A stretch of 32,000 nt of DNA, from assembly GCA_030167145.1 (NCBI GenBank), contig CP126532.1:3060001-3092000 (forward strand), written 5' to 3'. Shown one piece after another: positions 23,987 to 31,431 of this stretch (the stretch's first letter is position 1; each line of letters begins with the position of its first letter). Source of the DNA: Ktedonobacterales bacterium. Lineage in GTDB: Bacteria; Chloroflexota; Ktedonobacteria; Ktedonobacterales; JADMIN01. The notes below the pieces were generated by a model. That model did not search any database. It was given only the letters and a program-made list of their open reading frames with translations, and was not told the DNA's origin. The position numbers and the translations under genes are program-made.

Positions 23987-26611
23987 CTAGTAGTCCGGCG
24001 TGCGCAGATCGAGATCGCGGTAGCGGGTCTGCGCGGCCTGGAAGAATAAGCTCACCTGCCCTACGGGGCCGTTGCGGTGCTTGGCGACGATGATGTCGGC
24101 GATGTTCTTGCGGTCGGTGTCGGGATTGTAGACCTCGTCGCGGTAGATGAACATGACAATATCGGCGTCTTGCTCGATGCTATTATGTAAGGTCACATCT
24201 CCCGCGACGAAGTTGTGCAGACCGTCCACTGTCAGGTCGTACACGTCATCCTCGCCGTCCGGTTCAATCGAGATGATCTCATCCCAATAGACATCGCTCG
24301 CAGCTAGGCGCGCAACTTCTGCCGAACCCACAACCGCCGCGAGGCGCGCCGCACGCTCGCGTCCGACATTTTGGCGATAGAGACTCGTGCCACAATAGGC
24401 GTTGCCCAACGCGGCCTGCATCTGTCTGTCTGTGATTCCGGCCACCTTTCGGGCTGGTAACGCATGCAGTTGCCAGATCTCACGCGGCACAACATCGCGA
24501 TTGGTGTTCTCGACCCGTTGCGTGAGGTGGTCTTTCATAGACGCCGCGTGTACCACTTTTAACTCGCCTAGTGGTCCGACCTCTGTAAGGAATCGCAGAA
24601 TATCTGACTTGCCGCTAACGGTCACATGAAATTGGTCGCGGCCTTTCCCTGGTTGCGGGTGTTGCGATAAGGTTCCATTGATACCGAGCCGCAACAGCAG
24701 AGATTGCACATTGCGCGCCAATTCAAGACTGCTCGACGCATAATACACATTTGCATAATGCGCTTTTCCCCGGCTCAGGTGGATGCACCCATCGGTAGAC
24801 CAGAGGTGGCGCAAGAAGCGTGCGATGCCTGTCGCTGGCTGCGCGAACACCTTGTCTGGCACGCGCTTCTCATACGAGCGCAGGCCGAAGACGCCCAATT
24901 CATCCAGCCATGCCGCGATGGGGTTGCGCTTGTTGTGGGTCAACCGCTCGCTTGCGGTCAGGTACACCTGATACCAGGAGCGTTCCTGTGAGATGCGTGG
25001 CGTAACCGCATCGCTGAAGACTGCTACGGCGAGATTCGCCACGGTCTCAGCCAGTGTGGCCTCACGTGTGGTGTACTGCATGACATGGTTTGGCAATGTG
25101 CAGCCATCGCCGATCAAATGGCCGAGCAGCGCCAATTCCTCGTCGCGCATCGTCGCCTGCTCAGGGCTGGGCAGCGTGCGAGGCAGCGCCAGCCGCACGC
25201 CTGGGGAGACTTCATCCAGCCGCCGCCAGCCTTCGATGGTCAGGAACTTGTGATTTGCTGTCGCGCGCACACTGCGGCCAAGTCGGGTGGTCAAGCGGTA
25301 GACTGGCTTGTGTCCGGTCGCGAAGGCACGGCTGACAGTAGCTGGCTCCAACTTCCACGTCTCGGTGTTCAGCGCGAGCACACGGAAGCCCGACTGCCCC
25401 ACCAGTTCACGGATCGGGCGATACGTGCCGGAATCGGGCAGATAGACGGGCGATTCCCCGGTAATACACCCAGATTCGCGGAGGTCGCTGAGTTGCGGGC
25501 GCTTATCGGTGCGGCTCTCGACGGCGCGCGAGAGCTGTGAGAGCGCCAGCACTGGCACGTTCAACTCGCGGGCCAGCACCTTCAGCCCGCGGCTGATGTG
25601 CGAGATTTCTTGCACGCGATTCTCGTGCCCTGGTCCACCGCCAGTTCCCTGCATCAGTTGCAGATAGTCCACGATGAGCAGGTCGTAGGGATGCTCCATC
25701 ATCAGGCGGCGGGCTTTGCTGCGCATCTCGCTGAGCGTGATGCCTGCGGTGTCTTCGATGTAGATCGGCTTATCGGAGAGCCGCGCCACCGATTCGCTGA
25801 TGCGCTCCCACTCGTCGTCGTCGAGATAGCCGGTGCGCAGCCGCTGCTGGTCTATCATCGCATCCATCGAGAGCAGGCGCCCGACGAGTTGTTCTTTGCT
25901 CATCTCCAGGCTGAAGATGGCCACGCCATAGCCTTTGTTGGCGGAATTGTGCGCCAGCGAGAGCGATAGCGCGGTTTTGCCCACGCTCGGCCGGGCGGCG
26001 AGAATCACCAGATCGGATTTTTGCAGGCCGCTGGTCATCTTGTCGAGGTCGGCGAAGCCGGTGGCCACGCCCACGACCGTGCCGCGCTGCTCTTGCAGGT
26101 GGTCCAGCGTATCCAGGTAATCGCGCAGGATGACGCCGATGGAGTCGAACTCCGTGCGGCTGGAGCGCTGACTCACCTCGAAGAGATATTGCTCCGCCTG
26201 CTCGATAGCGGTATCCGCGTCGGGTTCGTTGTAGGCGACGCCCGCGATCTGCCCCGCCGCGTGAATCAAGCGCCGCAGCACCGAGGTGCGTTCGACGATC
26301 TGCGCGTAGTGCTTCACGTGGCGGCTGGTGGGCACCTGGTTGGCGAGCGAGCTGACGTAGCTGATGCCGCCGACTTCTTCTAGCTTGTCGCGGCGGGCCA
26401 GTTCGTCGGTCAGGGTAATTAGGTCTGCTGGCTCGCGTGTCTCGAAGAGGTCGAGCGCGGCCTGATAGATCGTGCGATGCGCCTCGCGGTAGAAGTCTTC
26501 AGGGCGCAGGAAATCGGCAATCTGGACAATGGCTTCGGGGTCAATCAGCAGGCTTCCCAATACCGAGGCCTCTGCCTCCACATTCTGCGGCAGCAGTTTC
26601 TCCACAGCCAT
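23987..26611 (-). CDS. dnaB: Replicative DNA helicase DnaB, interrupted in frame by an intein
   Basis: N-terminal LPQNVEAEASVLGSLLIDPEAI, Walker A ARPSVGKTALSL, Walker B LLIVDYLQLM, C-terminal SIEQDADIVMFIYRDEVY...AKHRNGPVG. ATG 26611 has GGAGG 11 nt upstream. The ORF is also open from GTG 26680. Confidence 0.9.
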   Translation of the reverse strand: MAVEKLLPQNVEAEASVLGSLLIDPEAIVQIADFLRPEDFYREAHRTIYQAALDLFETREPADLITLTDELARRDKLEEVGGISYVSSLANQVPTSRHVKHYAQIVERTSVLRRLIHAAGQIAGVAYNEPDADTAIEQAEQYLFEVSQRSSRTEFDSIGVILRDYLDTLDHLQEQRGTVVGVATGFADLDKMTSGLQKSDLVILAARPSVGKTALSLSLAHNSANKGYGVAIFSLEMSKEQLVGRLLSMDAMIDQQRLRTGYLDDDEWERISESVARLSDKPIYIEDTAGITLSEMRSKARRLMMEHPYDLLIVDYLQLMQGTGGGPGHENRVQEISHISRGLKVLARELNVPVLALSQLSRAVESRTDKRPQLSDLRESGCITGESPVYLPDSGTYRPIRELVGQSGFRVLALNTETWKLEPATVSRAFATGHKPVYRLTTRLGRSVRATANHKFLTIEGWRRLDEVSPGVRLALPRTLPSPEQATMRDEELALLGHLIGDGCTLPNHVMQYTTREATLAETVANLAVAVFSDAVTPRISQERSWYQVYLTASERLTHNKRNPIAAWLDELGVFGLRSYEKRVPDKVFAQPATGIARFLRHLWSTDGCIHLSRGKAHYANVYYASSSLELARNVQSLLLRLGINGTLSQHPQPGKGRDQFHVTVSGKSDILRFLTEVGPLGELKVVHAASMKDHLTQRVENTNRDVVPREIWQLHALPARKVAGITDRQMQAALGNAYCGTSLYRQNVGRERAARLAAVVGSAEVARLAASDVYWDEIISIEPDGEDDVYDLTVDGLHNFVAGDVTLHNSIEQDADIVMFIYRDEVYNPDTDRKNIADIIVAKHRNGPVGQVSLFFQAAQTRYRDLDLRTPDY
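24182..25468 (-). mobile_element. DnaB intein (429 aa) with LAGLIDADG homing-endonuclease domain
   Basis: The N-extein ends ...DLRESG and the intein starts at Cys (CITGESPVYL; TGT at 25468-25466). Block B is ATANHKF. LAGLIDADG motifs are LLGHLIGDGC and FLRHLWSTDGCI. The intein ends ...FVAGDVTLHN (AAT at 24184-24182) and is followed by +1 Ser (SIEQDAD). Confidence 0.9.
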
Positions 26612-26708
26612 AGCAATATGACCCTCCGTGCCCGTGGGAATGCCAGCGCGCACGTCTACACGCGCCACTGGCGGACACACCCTACCGCTAGAACGCCTAT
26701 TCTAAACC

Positions 26709-26717
26709 ATTATAGCA
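26709..26717 (-). promoter_or_regulatory. Extended -10 promoter element (TGcTATAAT) reading toward dnaB
   Basis: Plus-strand ATTATAGCA is TGCTATAAT on the minus strand, 29 nt upstream of GTG 26680. The -35 is poor (GGCACA at 17-nt spacing). Confidence 0.3.
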
Positions 26718-26817
26718 TCGGAGCCGTGCGTTGTGCCCCACTCAGTGAAAACGAAGGGGCAAAGGTGAGAGTACCTGAGCGGGCGTAATTACGCAAATCG
26801 GTAGGCGATGCACCACA

Positions 26818-26947
26818 TGTGGAAAGCTGTGGATATGTGGATATGTGTGGGGCGTGGGGGATGATCTGGGCGGGGTTTCTGGCGGTTATCCCATGTTATC
26901 CACAACAGATGCGACAAAATCTGCGGTTATCCACGACTTTATCCACG
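26818..26947. promoter_or_regulatory. DnaA-box cluster
   Basis: TTATCCACA 26896-26904 (perfect). TTATCCACG 26927-26935 and 26939-26947. Inverted TGTGGATAT 26828-26836 and 26836-26844. Weaker TGTGGAAAG 26818-26826 and TTATCCCAT 26886-26894. Confidence 0.65.
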
Positions 26948-27039
26948 CGATATACACGACTGCTTGGGCTAGGACGTGTGGGGCGAATCGGGTCTAAGCG
27001 GTGGTGAGAGGGAAGAGGCACGGGAGCGTGACAGGTGCG

Positions 27040-27080
27040 AGACAACACGAAAGACGCGGCTGCCCGTGGGCATCGCGTCT
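27040..27080 (-). terminator. Terminator candidate downstream of acpP
   Basis: Minus strand reads AGACGCG-ATGCCCACGGGCAGC-CGCGTCT, a 7-bp outer stem plus inner GCCC/GGGC pairing, followed by TTCGTGTTGTC. The hairpin starts 38 nt after the stop. Confidence 0.45.
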
Positions 27081-27118
27081 CGCGTTGCGTGCAATCTGAA
27101 GCTGTGGAAAAGAATAGC

Positions 27119-27367
27119 CTACGGCTGATGCTCGTAGATGTACTCGACGGCCTCGCCAACAGAGGTGATCTTTTCGGCATCTTCGTCGCTGATTTGCAGC
27201 TTGAACTGCTCTTCGAGCGACATAATCATCTCCACCAGATCAAGCGAATCGGCGTTGAGATCCTCGGTGAACGAGGCTTCCTCTTTGACATCCGCCTCGT
27301 CAACGCCAAGCTGCTCGGCGATAATCGGCTTGAGCTTGACCAGGATATCTTCTTTGGACATGGACAT
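27119..27367 (-). CDS. acpP: Acyl carrier protein
   Basis: 82 aa, acidic. The phosphopantetheine site is [14 protein letters not shown]. Confidence 0.92.
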   Translation of the reverse strand: MSMSKEDILVKLKPIIAEQLGVDEADVKEEASFTEDLNADSLDLVEMIMSLEEQFKLQISDEDAEKITSVGEAVEYIYEHQP

Positions 27368-27374
27368 GGTTTAC

Positions 27375-27818
27375 CTACACCTCACTACCGGTGTTGAACG
27401 CGGACGTTCCTGAGTACCGGTGAAATACTGTGCCGAGGACGCCGTTCACAAACCGGCTTGAGGGATCACTGCCGAACTCTTTGGCGAGTTCAACAGCCTC
27501 ATTGATGGCGGCCTTCGCTGGCACTGAATTATTGAACAACATCTCGAAGATTGCAAGCCTGAGGACATTTTTGTCTATCGCGGCCATTTGGTCAAGAGGC
27601 CATTCGTGAGCGGCCTCCTGAATCGCCTCGTCAATCTGGCTCAGATGGGTGAGCACCCCCTGCACCAGTTCTTCCGCATACGTGATGACACGATCCGGCA
27701 GCGCCTCATCCTCGGCGTGGCGCTGGATGATCGCGGACACCTCGTGATGTGCCACGTCATATTCGTAGAGCGTTTGCAGCGCGAGAACACGCGCGCGCCT
27801 GCGGGTACCGGTTGGCAT
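27375..27818 (-). CDS. nusB: Transcription antitermination factor NusB
   Basis: RRRARVLALQTLYEYD...DKNVLRLAIFEML...AINEAVELAKEFG...FVNGVLG. Confidence 0.9.
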   Translation of the reverse strand: MPTGTRRRARVLALQTLYEYDVAHHEVSAIIQRHAEDEALPDRVITYAEELVQGVLTHLSQIDEAIQEAAHEWPLDQMAAIDKNVLRLAIFEMLFNNSVPAKAAINEAVELAKEFGSDPSSRFVNGVLGTVFHRYSGTSAFNTGSEV

Positions 27819-27820
27819 AG

Positions 27821-28243
27821 CTATGCGACATCCTGAATAAATACGTTCACGTCACCGGCGCTCATCCCCAGAATATGCTCCACAGCCGCGGCTACGGCCT
27901 CTTGCACGGCAGCGCCTACCGTCACCATGTTAGCGCCGGGGCGAATAACCACATAGAGATCAATCGTGACCACATCGCCGCGCAGGGCGAGTCCGACACC
28001 ATGCTGCGGCAGTGGACGGCCCAGCATGCGTGGCCAGTCGTCGCGCAGCGTCGTCATGCGCGCGACGCCATCCACGTGCAGCGCCGCCTGCTCCACCACC
28101 GTCCGCAGCACCCGGCGCGCAATCCGCACCGTGCCAAGCTGCTCGGCTACGGCCTCGCGTTCCAGATCATCGCTGGTCCTGGTTGCGTAGAAGGAACGCG
28201 GTGGCGCCGCAAGATCGCTCGCGCCGTTCGCGCCTGTCGCCAT
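27821..28243 (-). CDS. Asp23/Gls24 family envelope-stress protein
   Basis: GTVRIARRVLRTVVEQAALHVDGVARM...VTIDLYVVIRPGANMVTVGAAVQEAV...VNVFIQDV. GGAGG lies 8 nt before the ATG. It is 2 nt upstream of nusB. Confidence 0.85.
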   Translation of the reverse strand: MATGANGASDLAAPPRSFYATRTSDDLEREAVAEQLGTVRIARRVLRTVVEQAALHVDGVARMTTLRDDWPRMLGRPLPQHGVGLALRGDVVTIDLYVVIRPGANMVTVGAAVQEAVAAAVEHILGMSAGDVNVFIQDVA

Positions 28244-28315
28244 AGTGCATACCTCCAGCCTCTCCCGCGCGCTGGCGAGTCTGCCAGTTCATCCTCTCCT
28301 GCGTGCTGCGCGACA

Positions 28316-29374
28316 CTACGCCGGGCCGCCCAGTCGCTCGCGCAGTTGCGCGGCAATCGGGGCCACATCAGCGGCGGAGCCAACGGCAAGGGTGGTCGTG
28401 CCCTTCGCAATGCGCTTGATGAGTCCCGCTAACACCTGCCCCACGCCGATCTCGACAAACGTGGTGACGCCCTGACTTACCAGATATTCTATCGAACGAG
28501 TCCAGAGAACTGGCGCCTCGATCTGGTGCGCCAACTCGGAGCGCAGATCGCCTGCCATCACCAGCGGCTCCGCCGTCATATTGGCGACGAGCGGCACGGC
28601 GGCGTTCTGGATGGGCGCCGCATCCACGGCCTTCGCTAGGCCCAGCGCGGCGGGCGCCATGACTGGCGAGTGAAATGCGCCGCTTACGGCGAGCGGCACG
28701 ACCCGTTTCGCGCCGCGCTCGCGGGCAAGCTCCATGGCAAGATCGAGCGCACGCCGCGCGCCAGAGATAACGATCTGCCCCGGCGCGTTATCGTTGGCTA
28801 GCACGACGACCCCCGCGCCAGGGTGCGCGTCCGCGCCAAGCTGTCCGGCGGCGCGCAGGTCATCGCGCGTACGTTCGGTCGCCTCGGCGCAGACCGCCTG
28901 GAGCGCCTGGGCATCCAGCCCTAGCACCGCCGCCATGCCGCTGTCGCAGGCTTGCCCTTCCTGATGCATCAGCCGCCCGCGCTCGCGCACCAATCGTAGT
29001 GTTTCGCTGATGCCCAGCGCGCCAGAGGCCGCCAGCGCGGCGTACTCGCCGACGCTATGCCCAGCCACATAGGCGGGCCGCAGTGGCGCGGACAACGCCG
29101 GATCGCCGCCGGACGTAAATGGCGTTCCGGCGGCTTCTTGCAGCGCCGCCAGCAACGCCAGGCTGGTGGCGACGAGAGCAGGCTGGGTGTTGATCGTCTC
29201 GCGCAGGGCAGCCTCTGGCCCACTGAAGCAGAGTTGCGCCAGCGGAAAGCCGACGGCGGCGTCGGCGAGGTCAAACACAGCATGGGCGGCCGGAGAGGCG
29301 CTAAAGACATCCGCGCCCATTCCGACCGCCTGGCTGCCCTGACCGGGAAACACGAAGGCGATCTGCTCGCTCAT
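28316..29374 (-). CDS. fabD: Malonyl-CoA:ACP transacylase
   Basis: FVFPGQGSQAVGMG, active-site AGHSVGEYAAL, and GAFHSP. GGAGG precedes ATG 29374. The 29530 start in the track overlaps rpmF. Confidence 0.9.
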   Translation of the reverse strand: MSEQIAFVFPGQGSQAVGMGADVFSASPAAHAVFDLADAAVGFPLAQLCFSGPEAALRETINTQPALVATSLALLAALQEAAGTPFTSGGDPALSAPLRPAYVAGHSVGEYAALAASGALGISETLRLVRERGRLMHQEGQACDSGMAAVLGLDAQALQAVCAEATERTRDDLRAAGQLGADAHPGAGVVVLANDNAPGQIVISGARRALDLAMELARERGAKRVVPLAVSGAFHSPVMAPAALGLAKAVDAAPIQNAAVPLVANMTAEPLVMAGDLRSELAHQIEAPVLWTRSIEYLVSQGVTTFVEIGVGQVLAGLIKRIAKGTTTLAVGSAADVAPIAAQLRERLGGPA

Positions 29375-29427
29375 GGTTCCTCCGTCACAGGCGTGAGAAC
29401 ACCGTTGGTTCGCTCGCGGCTCTACTG

Positions 29428-29628
29428 CTACTCCGCCGCGGGCTTCTTCTGGCCGACTTCGATCACCTGTCGCCCGCGATAGGTGCCGCAGTTCGGGCAA
29501 GCATGGTGCGAGAGGCGCAACTGGTGGCACTGCGGGCAGGCGGTCAGTTGCGGAATCTTCACCTTCATGTGCGCCCGCCGGTTGCCCTGGCGGCTATTGG
29601 AGCGACGTTTCTTCGGTAATGCGCCCAC
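29428..29628 (-). CDS. rpmF: 50S ribosomal protein L32
   Basis: (M)GALPKKRRSNSRQGNRRAH...CPQCHQLRLSHHACPNCG. AGGAG lies 7 nt before GTG 29628. Confidence 0.85.
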   Translation of the reverse strand: MGALPKKRRSNSRQGNRRAHMKVKIPQLTACPQCHQLRLSHHACPNCGTYRGRQVIEVGQKKPAAE

Positions 29629-29854
29629 AACACAACTCCTCAACGACGAAATTCGTCGGCATCCTGAGCAGGGGCCACGAGACAGCATTCCCGCAACCCA
29701 CGAGGCTTCGATGGAAAAGAGCACACTGGCTCTGGCATCGAATATCAGTATTCAGCGCGCCCCATCGCGTACAGACAATCCGTGACACAGGCGCGCGAGG
29801 TCAAGCCCGCCTATTGTATCACAGATTGCGGCGTCCGCACATCCCCAGGTCTGG

Positions 29855-30775
29855 CTATAGCCGTTTTTGTCTGCGCACCATCGGCAGCCGCGCCGCGCCG
29901 AGCGCGTGCCCGCAGCCAGCGCAGACATAATAGCCTTCGCTCTCGCGGTATTCGAGTTGCGCGAGGGGAAAGTGCAGATAGCAGATGCCGCAGCGGGTGG
30001 CGTTGCCCTGGCTGGCCGTCGCGCGGTCGCCCTGGAAGAGCGTGCGCAGCGAATCAATCAGTGGTCCGACCTCACCACGCACGTCGCGCCGCACATCCAG
30101 CGTATCTGCTCGTTCCACGTCATCGAGTGGCGAACGTTCTCCGGACGCGTTGCGTTCCCTGAAGCCGCCAGCGGCTCCGTTGTGCCCATTCAGATTGCCA
30201 TTCATCCGCGCTCCCATCTCCGGCCTGGGAAACTCACGCTCTGGCGCGCGGCGGCGTTCGGATGGCGAGAACGGCGTCAGCCCTGGATGCGAGCTGGCGT
30301 CTCGCGCACGACCACCGTGGCCGTTGCGTCCACTGCTATATCCATTATGCATGTGTTCATGAGTGTCTGAAGTATCCGGCATGGACGATGGTGTAGGGGC
30401 AGGCGCTAGAGGTTCGGCCTGGTCGGGAGTATCCGCGGCGGCAAGACCTACCGGCTCCGGATCCGCTGGCACAGATGGCGCGGCTGGTGGCGCTTCCGCA
30501 ATCGCCAGGGGCGCGGCTGGCGCGGCTTCGGTGAGCGTAACCTCAGTTGGCGCGGCTGCTGCTGGCGCGACAGGCGTTTCGCTGGCGCGCCTGGCCTGGC
30601 CATGCGCTACCGGCTGGCTATTCTGGCTCCGTTCGCCAGGGGAACGCTGCGGTCCATTGCGGCCCCGGCGGGCATTGCCGCGCTTATCACGATTCTTATG
30701 TGCATTACCCACGTTGGTCATCCTCTCAGTTTTGACGGCCGATACGCTCGTTGCAATGTCCACATCCGCCCCCAC
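29855..30775 (-). CDS. Hypothetical low-complexity (Ala/Pro/Arg/Gly-rich) protein with C-terminal CxxC...CxxC zinc ribbon
   Basis: The C-terminus reads RCGICYLHFPLAQLEYRESEGYYVCAGCGHAL. The start is uncertain: GTG 30775, ATG 30721 (SD abuts it), or GTG 30712 (GAGAGG 9 nt upstream). Confidence 0.55.
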   Translation of the reverse strand: MGADVDIATSVSAVKTERMTNVGNAHKNRDKRGNARRGRNGPQRSPGERSQNSQPVAHGQARRASETPVAPAAAAPTEVTLTEAAPAAPLAIAEAPPAAPSVPADPEPVGLAAADTPDQAEPLAPAPTPSSMPDTSDTHEHMHNGYSSGRNGHGGRARDASSHPGLTPFSPSERRRAPEREFPRPEMGARMNGNLNGHNGAAGGFRERNASGERSPLDDVERADTLDVRRDVRGEVGPLIDSLRTLFQGDRATASQGNATRCGICYLHFPLAQLEYRESEGYYVCAGCGHALGAARLPMVRRQKRL

Positions 30776-31008
30776 ATGCGCGCGTCTCGTCCCTGCGCCA
30801 GTATACCCAGGCGACCGGCCTACCTATCACATCCCAGCGCAGCGGACGAAAGAGAGCTTCTCCCGTCCACCGCGCCGATCAGCGCCTATGCGCGTCAATG
30901 TCTCATTATATCTCTCGGACGAGTCGTCAGTATGCGAGGTACCGTCATTTGCGCATCATTTCTTTCTATAGGTGTGATGCCCATGGGTGGAGCGTTGTCC
31001 GGCGAACA

Positions 31009-31100
31009 ATTTTCGCCGTTTTCGCCGCAATTTTGAGCTGTGGCAGTTGCCGGAGTTGCTGGTTCTTTGAGTTTGCATTCTCTTTGCCGTTTTCGCCGCA
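31009..31100 (-). repeat. Inverted copies of the 13.3-kb nonamer-repeat family
   Basis: 31009-31029 ATTTTCGCCGTTTTCGCCGCA is the exact reverse complement of 13377-13397. 31086-31100 repeats the 15-nt core. 31046-31063 is GTTGCCGGA-GTTGCTGGT; the wider stretch around it (31044-31061) is the reverse complement of CAGCAACTCCGGCAACTG, which contains GCAACTCCGG as at 13310-13319. Confidence 0.9.
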
Positions 31101-31431
31101 GCCTCGGCTGTATTGCGGATCTACAAAAATAGGACGGACATAGCGCGAGCGAGCGGTTCATACCGCGCCTGAATGGCGTGTCGCCGCGAAACCCGCCTGC
31201 GCGGGTTGGGAAGAGAGTGGTGTCCGCACCAATGAGTAAAAGTGCATCGTGGCCGAGCGCGCGTCTACCGGTTTCATGCCATATGCCTCCCCTGGTAGCC
31301 ATCCCTTTGCCTGGTCTGCTACACTAATCGCGCGCAGGCCTTTATGGATCGTGGTATCAAGTAGAATCACGTTCGCTTTCTAGCTCATCGCAGTCACCAG
31401 CAAGATAGATACACTCGAAAGGAGAAGCTGA

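Noticed and set aside
22842-23990. 382-aa + ORF antisense to the DnaD-like and loader genes
   Set aside because: The minus strand carries DnaD and AAA+ signatures with SDs. The + translation is Ala/Arg/Gly-rich with no motif.
28316-29724. N-terminally extended ORFs for fabD (to 29530) and rpmF (to 29724)
   Set aside because: The conserved N-termini (MSEQIAFVFPGQGSQ and GALPKKRRS) each begin right after a GGAGG/AGGAG SD at 29374 and 29628. The extensions overlap neighbouring genes and are non-conserved in appearance.
4980-31260. Using intergenic G/C strand bias to support an origin at 26.9 kb
   Set aside because: The spacers are C-rich on the + strand at about 5.0, 13.0, 17.3 and 30.8 kb but G-rich at about 19.9, 26.9 and 31.0 kb. 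The pattern does not switch cleanly at one point, so a genome-wide skew computation is required.
31141-31380. Looked for a tRNA, att site or integrase remnant at the GC transition (GGTTCATACC T-loop-like string; 70-aa ORF 31158..31370)
   Set aside because: No cloverleaf can be folded around the T-loop-like string. The 70-aa ORF has no SD and no recognisable recombinase motif. This is insufficient for any call.
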